From a virus, in IMG/VR virus record IMGVR_UViG_3300005337_000001, positions 96,001 to 160,000 of that record: a DNA stretch of 64,000 nt; one strand, 5' to 3'. The position numbers and the translations under genes were made by a program. The notes beneath the pieces are model-generated. The model searched no databases. It was not told the origin of the DNA and saw only the letters and a list, made by a program, of their open reading frames with translations. Shown here piece by piece: positions 8,358 to 16,868 of this stretch. Within the stretch, counting starts at the first letter, position 1; the number at the start of each line of letters is the position of its first letter.

Positions 8358-8636
8358 ATGAGTGATCTACGAGGAGCGACTATGGTTCGCTTCGGCCCAT
8401 TCGACGCCATGGTTACGGCTGGGAAGCTGGAAGATAGCGATGCTGGCAAACCGGTCTGGAAGGTTTGGTGGCCAGTCGAAGACGAAAGTCAGGCCACCAA
8501 GCTGGCGGAAGGCATGACCAGAGAGGCTGCAGTGCAACTCGCACAGCGCACGGCGGAGCTCTGGCGCACAGCAGGACGTCCTACGTTAACCCCTGAGCTA
8601 GCCAAGAGCCTGATCGCTAAAGCCAATGAACTATGA
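8358..8636 (+). CDS. hypothetical protein
   Basis: SD GGAGG; 92 aa. Confidence 0.75.
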   Translation: MSDLRGATMVRFGPFDAMVTAGKLEDSDAGKPVWKVWWPVEDESQATKLAEGMTREAAVQLAQRTAELWRTAGRPTLTPELAKSLIAKANEL

Positions 8637-9513
8637 AGAGGCGAAAGAGATCATCGACAAGCAGGGACGCCGCGTGCGTGGCGGCGTCGGCATTGTCTCG
8701 ACGCACAACCCGACAGCCAAGAAGCTGAAGAACCAGACGTGGTTGCACTACGACAAGGACGGCCACTACACCCTCGCCTACTTCAACAAGCAGATCATCG
8801 AGTTCCATCCGAAGTACATGGTGTTCAACGACCACGACTACTTCAGCAGCTCGACGATGCAGCGCTTCAACGAGTACATGCCGCGTGGCTTTCACATCAG
8901 AGGTTGTACTTACCCTGCGTTCAAGCTGCAGCGACCGCTTGGTTTTATAACCACGCCGGTGGGTACCTACCCCTACCGAATGCCGTGCTCGTACACCTAC
9001 GAAGGTGAATCGTTCGACCATGGTGGGCTATACGCCGATGCACGCACTGTGCTCATGAAGATCCCCAAGTACGTCGACGTCTACTTGGATGAACTATTGA
9101 AGAACAAGCCTTGTTTCATCGACGACGAGGAGACAACGCAACGTGCCTTCCAAGAACAGTTAGTAGGCCGCAACTTCGAGGAAGAGAAGTTCCGCATCAG
9201 CAGGCTCATAGGAACCAGCATCGAACAGGGGCGCACGTACAAGCACCTCGCTGTGTTGGCCGCAGAGAACTCCGGTACTTCGCTGGAAGGCTTGCGCATC
9301 GAAGGTATAGCTCGTGCGGTTGCTGACTACGGCGCCGTCATCTTCAAGACGCAGACTCCTGCTGGCCAGATGGAGTCGGCGCTTCGCTTCGCCATGAAGC
9401 TGCCGCCTATCAAAGAGCCGCAGATACGAAAAACCATTCGGTACTTAGTCATCGAGCACATCATAAACCTTCTCGGCTTCGACGTCGTGCAGTGGAACAG
9501 GAGAGAAAGATGA
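8626..9513 (+). CDS. hypothetical phage protein
   Basis: 295 aa, overlapping operon organisation. Confidence 0.8.
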   Translation: MNYEEAKEIIDKQGRRVRGGVGIVSTHNPTAKKLKNQTWLHYDKDGHYTLAYFNKQIIEFHPKYMVFNDHDYFSSSTMQRFNEYMPRGFHIRGCTYPAFKLQRPLGFITTPVGTYPYRMPCSYTYEGESFDHGGLYADARTVLMKIPKYVDVYLDELLKNKPCFIDDEETTQRAFQEQLVGRNFEEEKFRISRLIGTSIEQGRTYKHLAVLAAENSGTSLEGLRIEGIARAVADYGAVIFKTQTPAGQMESALRFAMKLPPIKEPQIRKTIRYLVIEHIINLLGFDVVQWNRRER

Positions 9514-10040
9514 AAGTACTTCTAGGTGATCACGTCGTAATCCATCGCTATGTGGAGCTGCCGGACGTGTGTCCACGTTGTCGAGCCAAGATCGAGCCGG
9601 GGGAGATAGTCACCGGCTGGCAGCTGCGTCCGCGTTTCGAAAAGATGCGGTTGACCACGTTGAAAGACAAGAACAAGCTCACCGAACTGGCTGGCACCAT
9701 CAACGCCGTGCGCTGGGGAGACAAGTGGTCGGTGCGTATACCACTGGACTACCGATGCAAGTGCAACCACATCTTGGCCTCTGCGCACAACCGTGCGTAC
9801 GAGCTCGTCTCCATGAACATGCTCACTGCATTCAAGCTGCGCGGCTTGCTCTACGATTCGAACGCCGAAGATCCCCAGGTCCAGCGCAAGTGCTACGACG
9901 AAACGCAGGGCTATCACGGTGACTGCGTCGCCTGTAATATCGAGGCAGACATCGGCACCGAAGAGGTACCTCATCCTATTGACCTACGCGTGCACACCTG
10001 CGTAAGAAACCCAGAGCATGTCCAGCACGAACCGCGGTGA
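9510..10040 (+). CDS. Zn-binding hypothetical protein
   Basis: Start reset to ATG 9510; CPRC, CKC, CVAC motifs. Confidence 0.75.
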   Translation: MKVLLGDHVVIHRYVELPDVCPRCRAKIEPGEIVTGWQLRPRFEKMRLTTLKDKNKLTELAGTINAVRWGDKWSVRIPLDYRCKCNHILASAHNRAYELVSMNMLTAFKLRGLLYDSNAEDPQVQRKCYDETQGYHGDCVACNIEADIGTEEVPHPIDLRVHTCVRNPEHVQHEPR

Positions 10041-10752
10041 AGAATCGACAGAGAACTGGGAGACACCCTTCTGGACAGTACGCAGGCTGCTCGAAGAAGT
10101 GTGGTTCCCCGCCGGCGAGTGGCTCGAGCCCATGGCGGGTACCGGACGGCTCATCCAAGCAGTGAACGAGAATGGGCCGTCGGGCATTCGCTGGACAGCG
10201 TGCGAGCTACGCGCCGAGTGCGCGCCACGTCTGAAGAACCTACAGCTGGCCAAGGTTAGCTGCCCCGAAGACTTCATCCTCGATTTCAGCCCAAACCTCA
10301 ACCGTGGGAAGAAGCCAATCGACGTCGACCCGCTGGTGTCGATGTACGACGTCGGCATCGCCAACCCAGCCTTCTCGCTCACCTTCGAGACGCTCAGCAA
10401 AATGCTGGTGTGCTGCGAGCACGTAGCGATCTTGCAGCGCGCCAACTGGCTGGGCAGCGGCGTGAACAACGGCAAGTACGACTTCCTCAGGAACTTCCAC
10501 CCCGACGTCTACCAGCTGCCTGACCGCGTGAAGTTCTTGCTCGACGGCAAGTTCCCGCGACACCCACCAGGTACCAAGGATGCCAACGGCGTGAACATCG
10601 GCGGTCACCTCAAGTCGGGCGACTCCATCGAGTACGCCTGGTTCGTGTGGGGACCGAAGGCCACACGCCGACGTCTGAAAGGTCAAATCATGCAGCTAGC
10701 TGCAACACGCAAAGAAGAACGTACGTTCATGGAGGAGGCCATCGCAGCATGA
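10018..10752 (+). CDS. SAM-dependent DNA amino-methyltransferase (m6A/m4C type)
   Basis: WETP, motif I LEPMAGTG, ELR, motif IV-like IANPAF, YAWFVW. Confidence 0.75.
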   Translation: MSSTNRGEESTENWETPFWTVRRLLEEVWFPAGEWLEPMAGTGRLIQAVNENGPSGIRWTACELRAECAPRLKNLQLAKVSCPEDFILDFSPNLNRGKKPIDVDPLVSMYDVGIANPAFSLTFETLSKMLVCCEHVAILQRANWLGSGVNNGKYDFLRNFHPDVYQLPDRVKFLLDGKFPRHPPGTKDANGVNIGGHLKSGDSIEYAWFVWGPKATRRRLKGQIMQLAATRKEERTFMEEAIAA

Positions 10753-11240
10753 AACCAGCGGTCAGACAGAAGGCACTGCTGTTCATCTCGAAGCACCCTG
10801 GCACGCGACACAAAGCGTTCCCCGCAGGGCATGCCTATCACTTCGATGCGCCAGAGCTGGGGCGCGCGCCGTTCCGTGCGTCGACCATCAACCAGCTCAT
10901 CGCAGAAGGCTTCGTTACAGACAAAGGCCCAGTCACACTTACAGCGAAAGGTGAGCACGAGCTACACAAGCCACCCAACCTTTCGCCTGCGGTGAAAGGT
11001 CGCGTCATCTACAGCATGATCAGGCAAGGCACCCGTCGAAACTTCTCGCTACAAGCCACGCTACTGAATGGAAGTGGTCTTGAAGTGCACGGGGCTAAGT
11101 TCTACCCCACGTACGCAGACATCGTGGCGCACATCAGGAACATGCCGAAGCGTGACAAGCAGCGCGTGCTGCGCGAGCTCATCAAAGACCTGGCTGAGCA
11201 AGCGACGAAGAGGAGCGAAGATGTCCGAGCTGAAGAGTAG
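10749..11240 (+). CDS. hypothetical protein, possible winged-helix N-terminus
   Basis: Start reset to ATG 10749 (ATGA overlap); STINQLIAEGFV...VTLTAKG. Confidence 0.65.
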   Translation: MKPAVRQKALLFISKHPGTRHKAFPAGHAYHFDAPELGRAPFRASTINQLIAEGFVTDKGPVTLTAKGEHELHKPPNLSPAVKGRVIYSMIRQGTRRNFSLQATLLNGSGLEVHGAKFYPTYADIVAHIRNMPKRDKQRVLRELIKDLAEQATKRSEDVRAEE

Positions 11241-11811
11241 GAGGGGCATCCCGCTCATCTGGACGCACGTCGCAGTCGAGCTGCCGCACAGAGGTACGCT
11301 GACAGCTGAGCTCTACGTGAAGTGGTACACGCTGTACCTCGTAGACACTGACGGGCGTGCGTACCCGATCGACTTCTGGGACTTGGAGCCGTACGCACCG
11401 GAGGGTGAGTCGGCTTTCGTCGACCACGTGCCCAACCCTCGCGCAATCGAAGAGTACTGCGAGCAGCGCAGCATCAGCGTAGACCCGGTGTTCTTGGAGG
11501 TGGCACACGGGCGCTGGCTACTGGAAGTGAAGCAGCTCTATCAAGAACCCCAAGCCGCCACGCCAGAGCGCAGTCCGAGCAAGGCAGCACTATCCTCCGC
11601 TATCGATCGGCTTTACCAGCAGGTCGAAGGTCGCACGCCGCAACCTGGGGTTGTTTCGCACCACACAGCAATCTGCACGCGAGGCTGTTGCTGCCTGGCT
11701 TGTAACCTGCATTGTGATTGCGGCGCAGCGCGAGGGAAGCCCCACACGTCAGCATGCCGTTTGACGCATGAATGCCGGAAAGCGCACGAGGAAGTCAAAG
11801 AAACCTCATGA
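11221..11811 (+). CDS. hypothetical protein with Cys/His-rich C-terminus
   Basis: Start reset to ATG 11221 (SD AGGAG); CTRGCCCLACNLHCDC...HTSAC. Confidence 0.75.
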   Translation: MSELKSRRGIPLIWTHVAVELPHRGTLTAELYVKWYTLYLVDTDGRAYPIDFWDLEPYAPEGESAFVDHVPNPRAIEEYCEQRSISVDPVFLEVAHGRWLLEVKQLYQEPQAATPERSPSKAALSSAIDRLYQQVEGRTPQPGVVSHHTAICTRGCCCLACNLHCDCGAARGKPHTSACRLTHECRKAHEEVKETS

Positions 11812-12107
11812 GCGAAGAACAACCAGACGTTGCCTTGGAGTCGCGTCTCGAATCATGGCAGGTGCGCTTCCGCTGTCCGTTCTCTGGCCGATGGGAGTGG
11901 AGCGACTTCTTCAAAGCTAGGCGTGCTGACGCGGCTGAAAAAGAAGCTCCGGCCGCACTGGCTAAATTGATTCGCGAAAGTGCAGAGCGCTGCGAGGCCG
12001 AGGCGCGCAAGTTCCTGAACATGGCCGCTAACCTGCGCACCCGCGCCCACCTAATCGAACACGGCGAAGAACCAGGGCCCAAAGCCATCCGGCGTCGACG
12101 CCGGTAA
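11808..12107 (+). CDS. hypothetical protein
   Basis: ATGA overlap; MSEEQPDV... Confidence 0.7.
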   Translation: MSEEQPDVALESRLESWQVRFRCPFSGRWEWSDFFKARRADAAEKEAPAALAKLIRESAERCEAEARKFLNMAANLRTRAHLIEHGEEPGPKAIRRRRR

Positions 12108-12146
12108 GTAGCGGCCAGACAGAACAGCAGGTACACTGGATAGCTC

Positions 12147-12650
12147 ATGAAGCTGCTCACGAAGTACCACGCAGCAGGGCCTGCCATGTTCCCCCAAGTG
12201 TGGGAGCTGCTTCGCATGTACACGTTCGTGGTCAACGAAAAGATGAAGCGCCGCGGGTTGCCTCACAGGAGTCAGCTCGCGGTGATGGGCGCAATCTGCT
12301 CGCGCTTTCTTCTAGCCATGCGTTCGAGGATTATCGATGAGTACCAAACCGAAATGGCAGCCAGGACCATCCGAAACCACGGCGCTCCTCTCTCTGCCAA
12401 AGATAGAGCCGCTCTCACCGCCAACATTCCCGACATTCCAACAGCTGGTGGAAGCCGATCGCGTAAGCCAGCTGTCGACCTCATCTGTCCCGAAGAAGAT
12501 GAACGACCTATTCGATGGCATTCTGGGAACCCTCGAACCATTACTGGCGGACTTCCAGGATCACCCGGAGAAGTACGGCGAAGAGACGCACGAGCTCCTC
12601 GGGCAGCTGACCCTTGGGAGCAAATCACTCGAGCAGCTCTCACCGAATGA
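12147..12650 (+). CDS. hypothetical protein (3' part overlaps the next gene)
   Basis: First ~70 aa protein-like. Confidence 0.5.
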   Translation: MKLLTKYHAAGPAMFPQVWELLRMYTFVVNEKMKRRGLPHRSQLAVMGAICSRFLLAMRSRIIDEYQTEMAARTIRNHGAPLSAKDRAALTANIPDIPTAGGSRSRKPAVDLICPEEDERPIRWHSGNPRTITGGLPGSPGEVRRRDARAPRAADPWEQITRAALTE

Positions 12651-12888
12651 ACGCAGGCTCTTGAACCTGGCGACGTTCGACTTCTACCAAGCACCGAAGC
12701 CCAAGCCGCCGGAGGAGCCAGAGCCGCTGGTGAAAGAAGCTGAAGCCGAGGACGGCGAGGACACGCTCGACGAGCTCGAAGAAGAGGCCGTGGAAAGACT
12801 GGCCGCCAAAAACGGCGAAGGCCGGGGCCCAATCCCAGGGGTTGATGTCCCTGTGACCGAGCTCCCGGCCTACTGGTGGCTCAGCTGA
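12337..12888 (+). CDS. acidic hypothetical protein
   Basis: SD GAGGA; acidic tail ending LPAYWWLS. Confidence 0.7.
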   Translation: MSTKPKWQPGPSETTALLSLPKIEPLSPPTFPTFQQLVEADRVSQLSTSSVPKKMNDLFDGILGTLEPLLADFQDHPEKYGEETHELLGQLTLGSKSLEQLSPNERRLLNLATFDFYQAPKPKPPEEPEPLVKEAEAEDGEDTLDELEEEAVERLAAKNGEGRGPIPGVDVPVTELPAYWWLS

Positions 12889-12891
12889 GCC

Positions 12892-13917
12892 TTACGGCGC
12901 CGTGAAATCGCCTTCGTAGAAGATGGCGTAGTCGTGCACGTCATTGGGTGCAGCGTTCGGCGTGTAGCTGCCGTTCGGCAGGTCGGTAGTGGTCGGAGCC
13001 GCGAAGGTACCGTTGGTCACGACCGCGCCGTCCACGATCTCTTTGAGCGGCGAGACCAAGCCCGCACGCGTCTTGATCTTGCGGCGCAAGCCCACCGGAG
13101 CTGCGTAACCGATGGCAATGGTGCCGCCGGTGCCGTCGCCTGCCGGGAAGGCAAGGCTGATGATCTTGGACCAGTACTTCACCGACGTCGCCGTCGTTGC
13201 GGTCTGAGCCAGGGTCACCGTTTCCGTCTGCGGGTTGCCGTTCGGATCGAGGCCCGTGATGAGCACGTTGGCTGGCACGTCAGCAGCAGTGCCGCCGGCG
13301 GTCGTGAACACCAGCTGGCGCGGGGCGTCCGCGAAGCTGGACTGCACGAGCTGCGCACCTTGAATCGTCGTCGCCGCGCGCACCGAAGCCGTTGCCGGAT
13401 AGACGAAGGCCGCGCCGATACCCACCGCGATGGTGGCGCCAGTACCGTCAGCAGCTGGGTACACCAGACTGACGATGGTCTTGTACGCCTTCACGCTGGT
13501 GACGGTCGCTGCGGTCTGCGCCAAGTTCAGAGTCTCGCTCTGCGCAGCGCCGTTGAAGTCGGTGCCCGTGATGACCACGTTCGCCGGCGCGTCGGCAGCG
13601 GTACCGCCCGCCGTGGTGAACGTGATTTGCCGGGGATGCTTCACCAGCATTGCGAGGCCAGCGGCCAAGAGACCAGCGGTTAGCACCGTCACCGGTGCAG
13701 CAACCGTCGCCGTGGCTGCCTTGAGCACCGCGGTGCCCGGCGCGGCAGCGCCTGGAAGATTGGTGTACTCTTCGACCACGAAGGCAGCCGACGAGCTCAT
13801 CTCGCGGACCAGGTCCCTTCGAAGGTCGAAAATCTCACCAGAGAGACCGCTGCCTGGGTTCACCAGGTGGTCAAACTTTTCCTTCATCCTGCTGAAAAAA
13901 CCAGAACCTGCGGTCAT
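12892..13917 (-). CDS. putative virion structural protein with tandem internal domain duplication
   Basis: SD GGAGG; two ~80-aa copies PRQ(I/L)xFTTAGGTAAD...GDGTG(A/G)TIA(V/I)G; Thr/Ala/Gly-rich. Confidence 0.7.
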   Translation of the reverse strand: MTAGSGFFSRMKEKFDHLVNPGSGLSGEIFDLRRDLVREMSSSAAFVVEEYTNLPGAAAPGTAVLKAATATVAAPVTVLTAGLLAAGLAMLVKHPRQITFTTAGGTAADAPANVVITGTDFNGAAQSETLNLAQTAATVTSVKAYKTIVSLVYPAADGTGATIAVGIGAAFVYPATASVRAATTIQGAQLVQSSFADAPRQLVFTTAGGTAADVPANVLITGLDPNGNPQTETVTLAQTATTATSVKYWSKIISLAFPAGDGTGGTIAIGYAAPVGLRRKIKTRAGLVSPLKEIVDGAVVTNGTFAAPTTTDLPNGSYTPNAAPNDVHDYAIFYEGDFTAP

Positions 13918-13957
13918 GTGACTTCCTCCATGAATTACCCGGAACTTCTTACGTTTC

Positions 13958-13973
13958 GGGCTTCCGGAAGCCC
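13958..13973. promoter_or_regulatory. perfect 16-bp palindrome GGGCTTCCGGAAGCCC
   Basis: Intergenic, flanked on both sides by TTTC. Confidence 0.6.
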
Positions 13974-14016
13974 TTTCAAACCTGATCGTAAACCAGAGTC
14001 AGTGAGCAAGAGAAGA

Positions 14017-14700
14017 CTAGCCCATCGTCGGCACGCCGTACTGGTTTACGTACGACGGCAGAGCCGCGGAATGCCCGCCCAAAGCGTGCTCTTGCGGCGG
14101 CGCCATGCCGAATTCACCAGCCTTCTTTGCGCCCTTCGCCGCCAGCATTCCGGCTCCCAGCACGCCTGCGCCGATGGCTGCCTTACCTAGCAAGCCAGGG
14201 CCTGGGATGGCGCTCACCACCGGCTTCAAGAGCTTCTGAGCTCCACTGACCAGCGCGTTAGGTGCCTTGTTCACCGCGCCGAGCGCTGAGCCAAGCATGC
14301 CTCCGATCCCCGCGGTCTTGGCCAAGACCCGACCGGCTTCTTCGCCGATGGCAGCTGCGGCTTTGTCGAACAAGCTCATGTCACCGGGTATGTCGCTGTC
14401 GGAACGCTCACCCTGGTAAAGCATCGATCCCATCGGATCGAGCGGCACGCCGCCGCGCAGCGCCGCATTCATCGGCGCGTTGCGGTTGGCCTCCTCGAAG
14501 CGCTGGACGTTGTGCTTCAGCTCCGCTTTGGCAACGCCGGCGTCAGCGCTACGGCTCATGCCGCGCGCAAGCAGCAGCCCGCCTACCAGCGCAGCCAGGG
14601 GTAGTCCGCCCTTCATCGGCGACCACTTGGCCTGCGCTTCGGCGACTTTCTCCATGTCGCCCGTGCCCATGTACGCGGCCAAAACCGTGTGCAAGCTCAT
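14017..14700 (-). CDS. putative internal head protein with glycine-zipper segments
   Basis: KVAE/KAAA/KTAG motifs; LPLAALVGGLLLA and GAGVLGAGMLAA segments. Confidence 0.6.
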   Translation of the reverse strand: MSLHTVLAAYMGTGDMEKVAEAQAKWSPMKGGLPLAALVGGLLLARGMSRSADAGVAKAELKHNVQRFEEANRNAPMNAALRGGVPLDPMGSMLYQGERSDSDIPGDMSLFDKAAAAIGEEAGRVLAKTAGIGGMLGSALGAVNKAPNALVSGAQKLLKPVVSAIPGPGLLGKAAIGAGVLGAGMLAAKGAKKAGEFGMAPPQEHALGGHSAALPSYVNQYGVPTMG

Positions 14701-14712
14701 ACCCAGAGGATA

Positions 14713-15360
14713 CTACTTCGGCGGCGGCGTCGGAACAGGGGTCCGCACCGTGACTGGAGTCTGCCGGCGCGCGCCGAGCGGAAGCGGGTCGGACAGAATG
14801 GGGCTGCCGGTACCGGGCACATTCACGCCTGCCTTGGGCAACACACCTACCAAGAAGCCAGCCAGATTGGCCTGCGTCTCACGGAGCTCGGCAATCTCCC
14901 GGCTCTGTTCGGTGAGGCGCTTGTCCTGCTCGTCGAGACGCGTGTCCTTGGAGGTGCTCAAGGTCACCAGCGCTTTCACCTGGCGCTGCAGCTCGAGGTA
15001 CTGCTGCACGACAGCCCAACCAGCGGCCAAGACCGGCACCAGAATAGCCAGCGGGATGCCGACCTTCAGGCCCTTAGCCTGCACAGTGAGCACACCAGGG
15101 CGCATCGAAGACTTGGGCGTGTCGTTGGCGAGCTCGACCTTGGGCGTCGCTGCCGCCTTGGCCACAGCATCGAGCTGGCGCTGCACCTCCGCTGCCTTGT
15201 AGCGCTCGAGCTCGGCCTCTGCGTCCTCACGCGCCATTCGCTCGTCGTTCATCAGACGCAGCGCTGCCGTAGCGCGGGACTCAGCGGCGTCTATCGCAGC
15301 GACCCCTTCCAGGTCGTCAGAGCTTTGGCTCTTGGGGCGCGGGGGCAGTGGCTTCTGCAC
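14713..15360 (-). CDS. single-pass membrane coiled-coil protein (holin/spanin-like candidate)
   Basis: TM VGIPLAILVPVLAAGWAVV between two coiled coils; Pro-rich tail. Confidence 0.45.
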   Translation of the reverse strand: MQKPLPPRPKSQSSDDLEGVAAIDAAESRATAALRLMNDERMAREDAEAELERYKAAEVQRQLDAVAKAAATPKVELANDTPKSSMRPGVLTVQAKGLKVGIPLAILVPVLAAGWAVVQQYLELQRQVKALVTLSTSKDTRLDEQDKRLTEQSREIAELRETQANLAGFLVGVLPKAGVNVPGTGSPILSDPLPLGARRQTPVTVRTPVPTPPPK

Positions 15361-15375
15361 AACCCCGGTAGAGTA

Positions 15376-15762
15376 TCAGCCGAAGAGCCGTACTCGAACC
15401 ACGCCGTCAGTGGTGCGCACTAGCGAGATCTCCGTGATGCTCGTGGCCGGCGACGGGTTCGTGTACAGGATGAGCCCGCCGGGCTTCAGCTCGATGCCGT
15501 CGGCCGACCCGTTGAACTTCACGAGGATGGAATCTGCAGCAGGGTCGGCTTCGTACTCGATGATCGCCACCTTGACGCCGGGCGTGTCGATGGAGCCGAA
15601 CGGCACTGCCGTGGTACCTGAACCGACGAGGCTGAGCCTCGAGTCGACGACCTGCGTGTACTGTCCGGAGAAGCCGAACTGCACCGGCACCGGCTGTTGC
15701 CCCTCGTCTGGGGGAAACTGCACGGTGCCTTGCACGATGATCGGGTTCGTAGAAGCTGACAT
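15376..15762 (-). CDS. putative tail/virion structural protein
   Basis: 128 aa beta-rich, directly after the tube gene. Confidence 0.6.
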   Translation of the reverse strand: MSASTNPIIVQGTVQFPPDEGQQPVPVQFGFSGQYTQVVDSRLSLVGSGTTAVPFGSIDTPGVKVAIIEYEADPAADSILVKFNGSADGIELKPGGLILYTNPSPATSITEISLVRTTDGVVRVRLFG

Positions 15763-15776
15763 GTAGCGCCCTCAGA

Positions 15777-16541
15777 TCACGAGCCAGGAATGCCGAGGAA
15801 TGTCGCCGAGACGTTGGAGCCTCCGGCGTTCGGGTTGGTCGCGCTCGAGATGAGCGTGAGCGCCGAGATGGCCACTGGCACGGCGCGCTCGAATTGCACC
15901 GCCACCGACTCTTGGATGAGCACGCCTTGCGCGTCCGTCGCCCAGGTGTGGTTCGGCAGGTAGCAAGCTTCGAAGTACACGGCGCCGAGCGCGTCCTGAT
16001 TGATGTCGCGGATGTACATCAACAAGCCGATGGGCTGCGTGAACAGGTCGGACGCCAAGTTGAGGTAGATGTTCTCGTAGCCCGGCGGGATGATGACGTT
16101 GTGCGGGTTGGAGACCGACGCCGCGCCAGCGTTGAGGAACATCGCCGGCACCACGGTGGGCGGCAGCAGGTCCTGGTAGTACGAGTACAGCAGCCGCAGC
16201 AGCGACGCGCCGTGGTAATAGATGCGGCCGAGGCCGATCTGTCCGACGGTGCGACCGGTGATGAAGTAGCTGCGCTCCGAACCGATTTCGAAGATGCGGT
16301 TGAACTGGCGCGTGTGCGACAGCTGGAAGTTCTGCACGATGCCGATGGGCAGAACGATTTGGTTGGCAGCCTGCCCGGTACCGCTCACCGCTTGTGCGAA
16401 CGCGGCGGCACCGCCGATGTTGGCGATGCGAGGCGGGCCGGCAGCGAGCATGGTGAAGCCGGCGTTCGCGTACGCGCCATCCACCAAACCTGCCTGCACG
16501 TAGTTGGTGTAGGGACTCCAGTCGGAAAAGTTGCCGGCCAT
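15777..16541 (-). CDS. tail tube protein
   Basis: Downstream of the sheath; IGIVQNFQLSHTRQFNRIFEIGS and YFEACYLPNHTW...IQESVAVQFER resemble tube-family motifs. Confidence 0.75.
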   Translation of the reverse strand: MAGNFSDWSPYTNYVQAGLVDGAYANAGFTMLAAGPPRIANIGGAAAFAQAVSGTGQAANQIVLPIGIVQNFQLSHTRQFNRIFEIGSERSYFITGRTVGQIGLGRIYYHGASLLRLLYSYYQDLLPPTVVPAMFLNAGAASVSNPHNVIIPPGYENIYLNLASDLFTQPIGLLMYIRDINQDALGAVYFEACYLPNHTWATDAQGVLIQESVAVQFERAVPVAISALTLISSATNPNAGGSNVSATFLGIPGS

Positions 16542-16568
16542 CTTGCTGTTGCTCCTTCTCTCAGAATA

Positions 16569-16868
16569 TCACGGCGTCTGCGTCTGCTTGCCGCCCAAGA
16601 TCTCATCCCACTTCTTCGTGCTCACGCCTTTGGGCGGCGGGGGCTCGGCGACCTTGAACTTCCCACCGAGCTTCACGTAGTACTCGAGCGGGGCTTCTGG
16701 GCTGTACGTCGCCGCCAGCTTCAGGAGCTCGGGGTCTTCAGCCGCGCCGGCGCGCGCGAGGTTCGCGAGCTGCACAGCAGAAACGGCCGGAGCCGAGGCA
16801 GCCTTCTCTTGCAAAAGCTGCTCGGCTCGAACGCGGCCCACGGCCGCTATGAACGGCGCGCGGTCCAT
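16569..16868 (-). CDS. small virion-associated protein
   Basis: 99 aa between sheath and tube; KAAS, KLAA motifs. Confidence 0.65.
   Translation of the reverse strand: MDRAPFIAAVGRVRAEQLLQEKAASAPAVSAVQLANLARAGAAEDPELLKLAATYSPEAPLEYYVKLGGKFKVAEPPPPKGVSTKKWDEILGGKQTQTP

Noticed and set aside
12138-12146. GGATAGCTC shared upstream of 12147 and 60705
   Set aside because: Only two copies at different spacing from the start codon; compatible with chance
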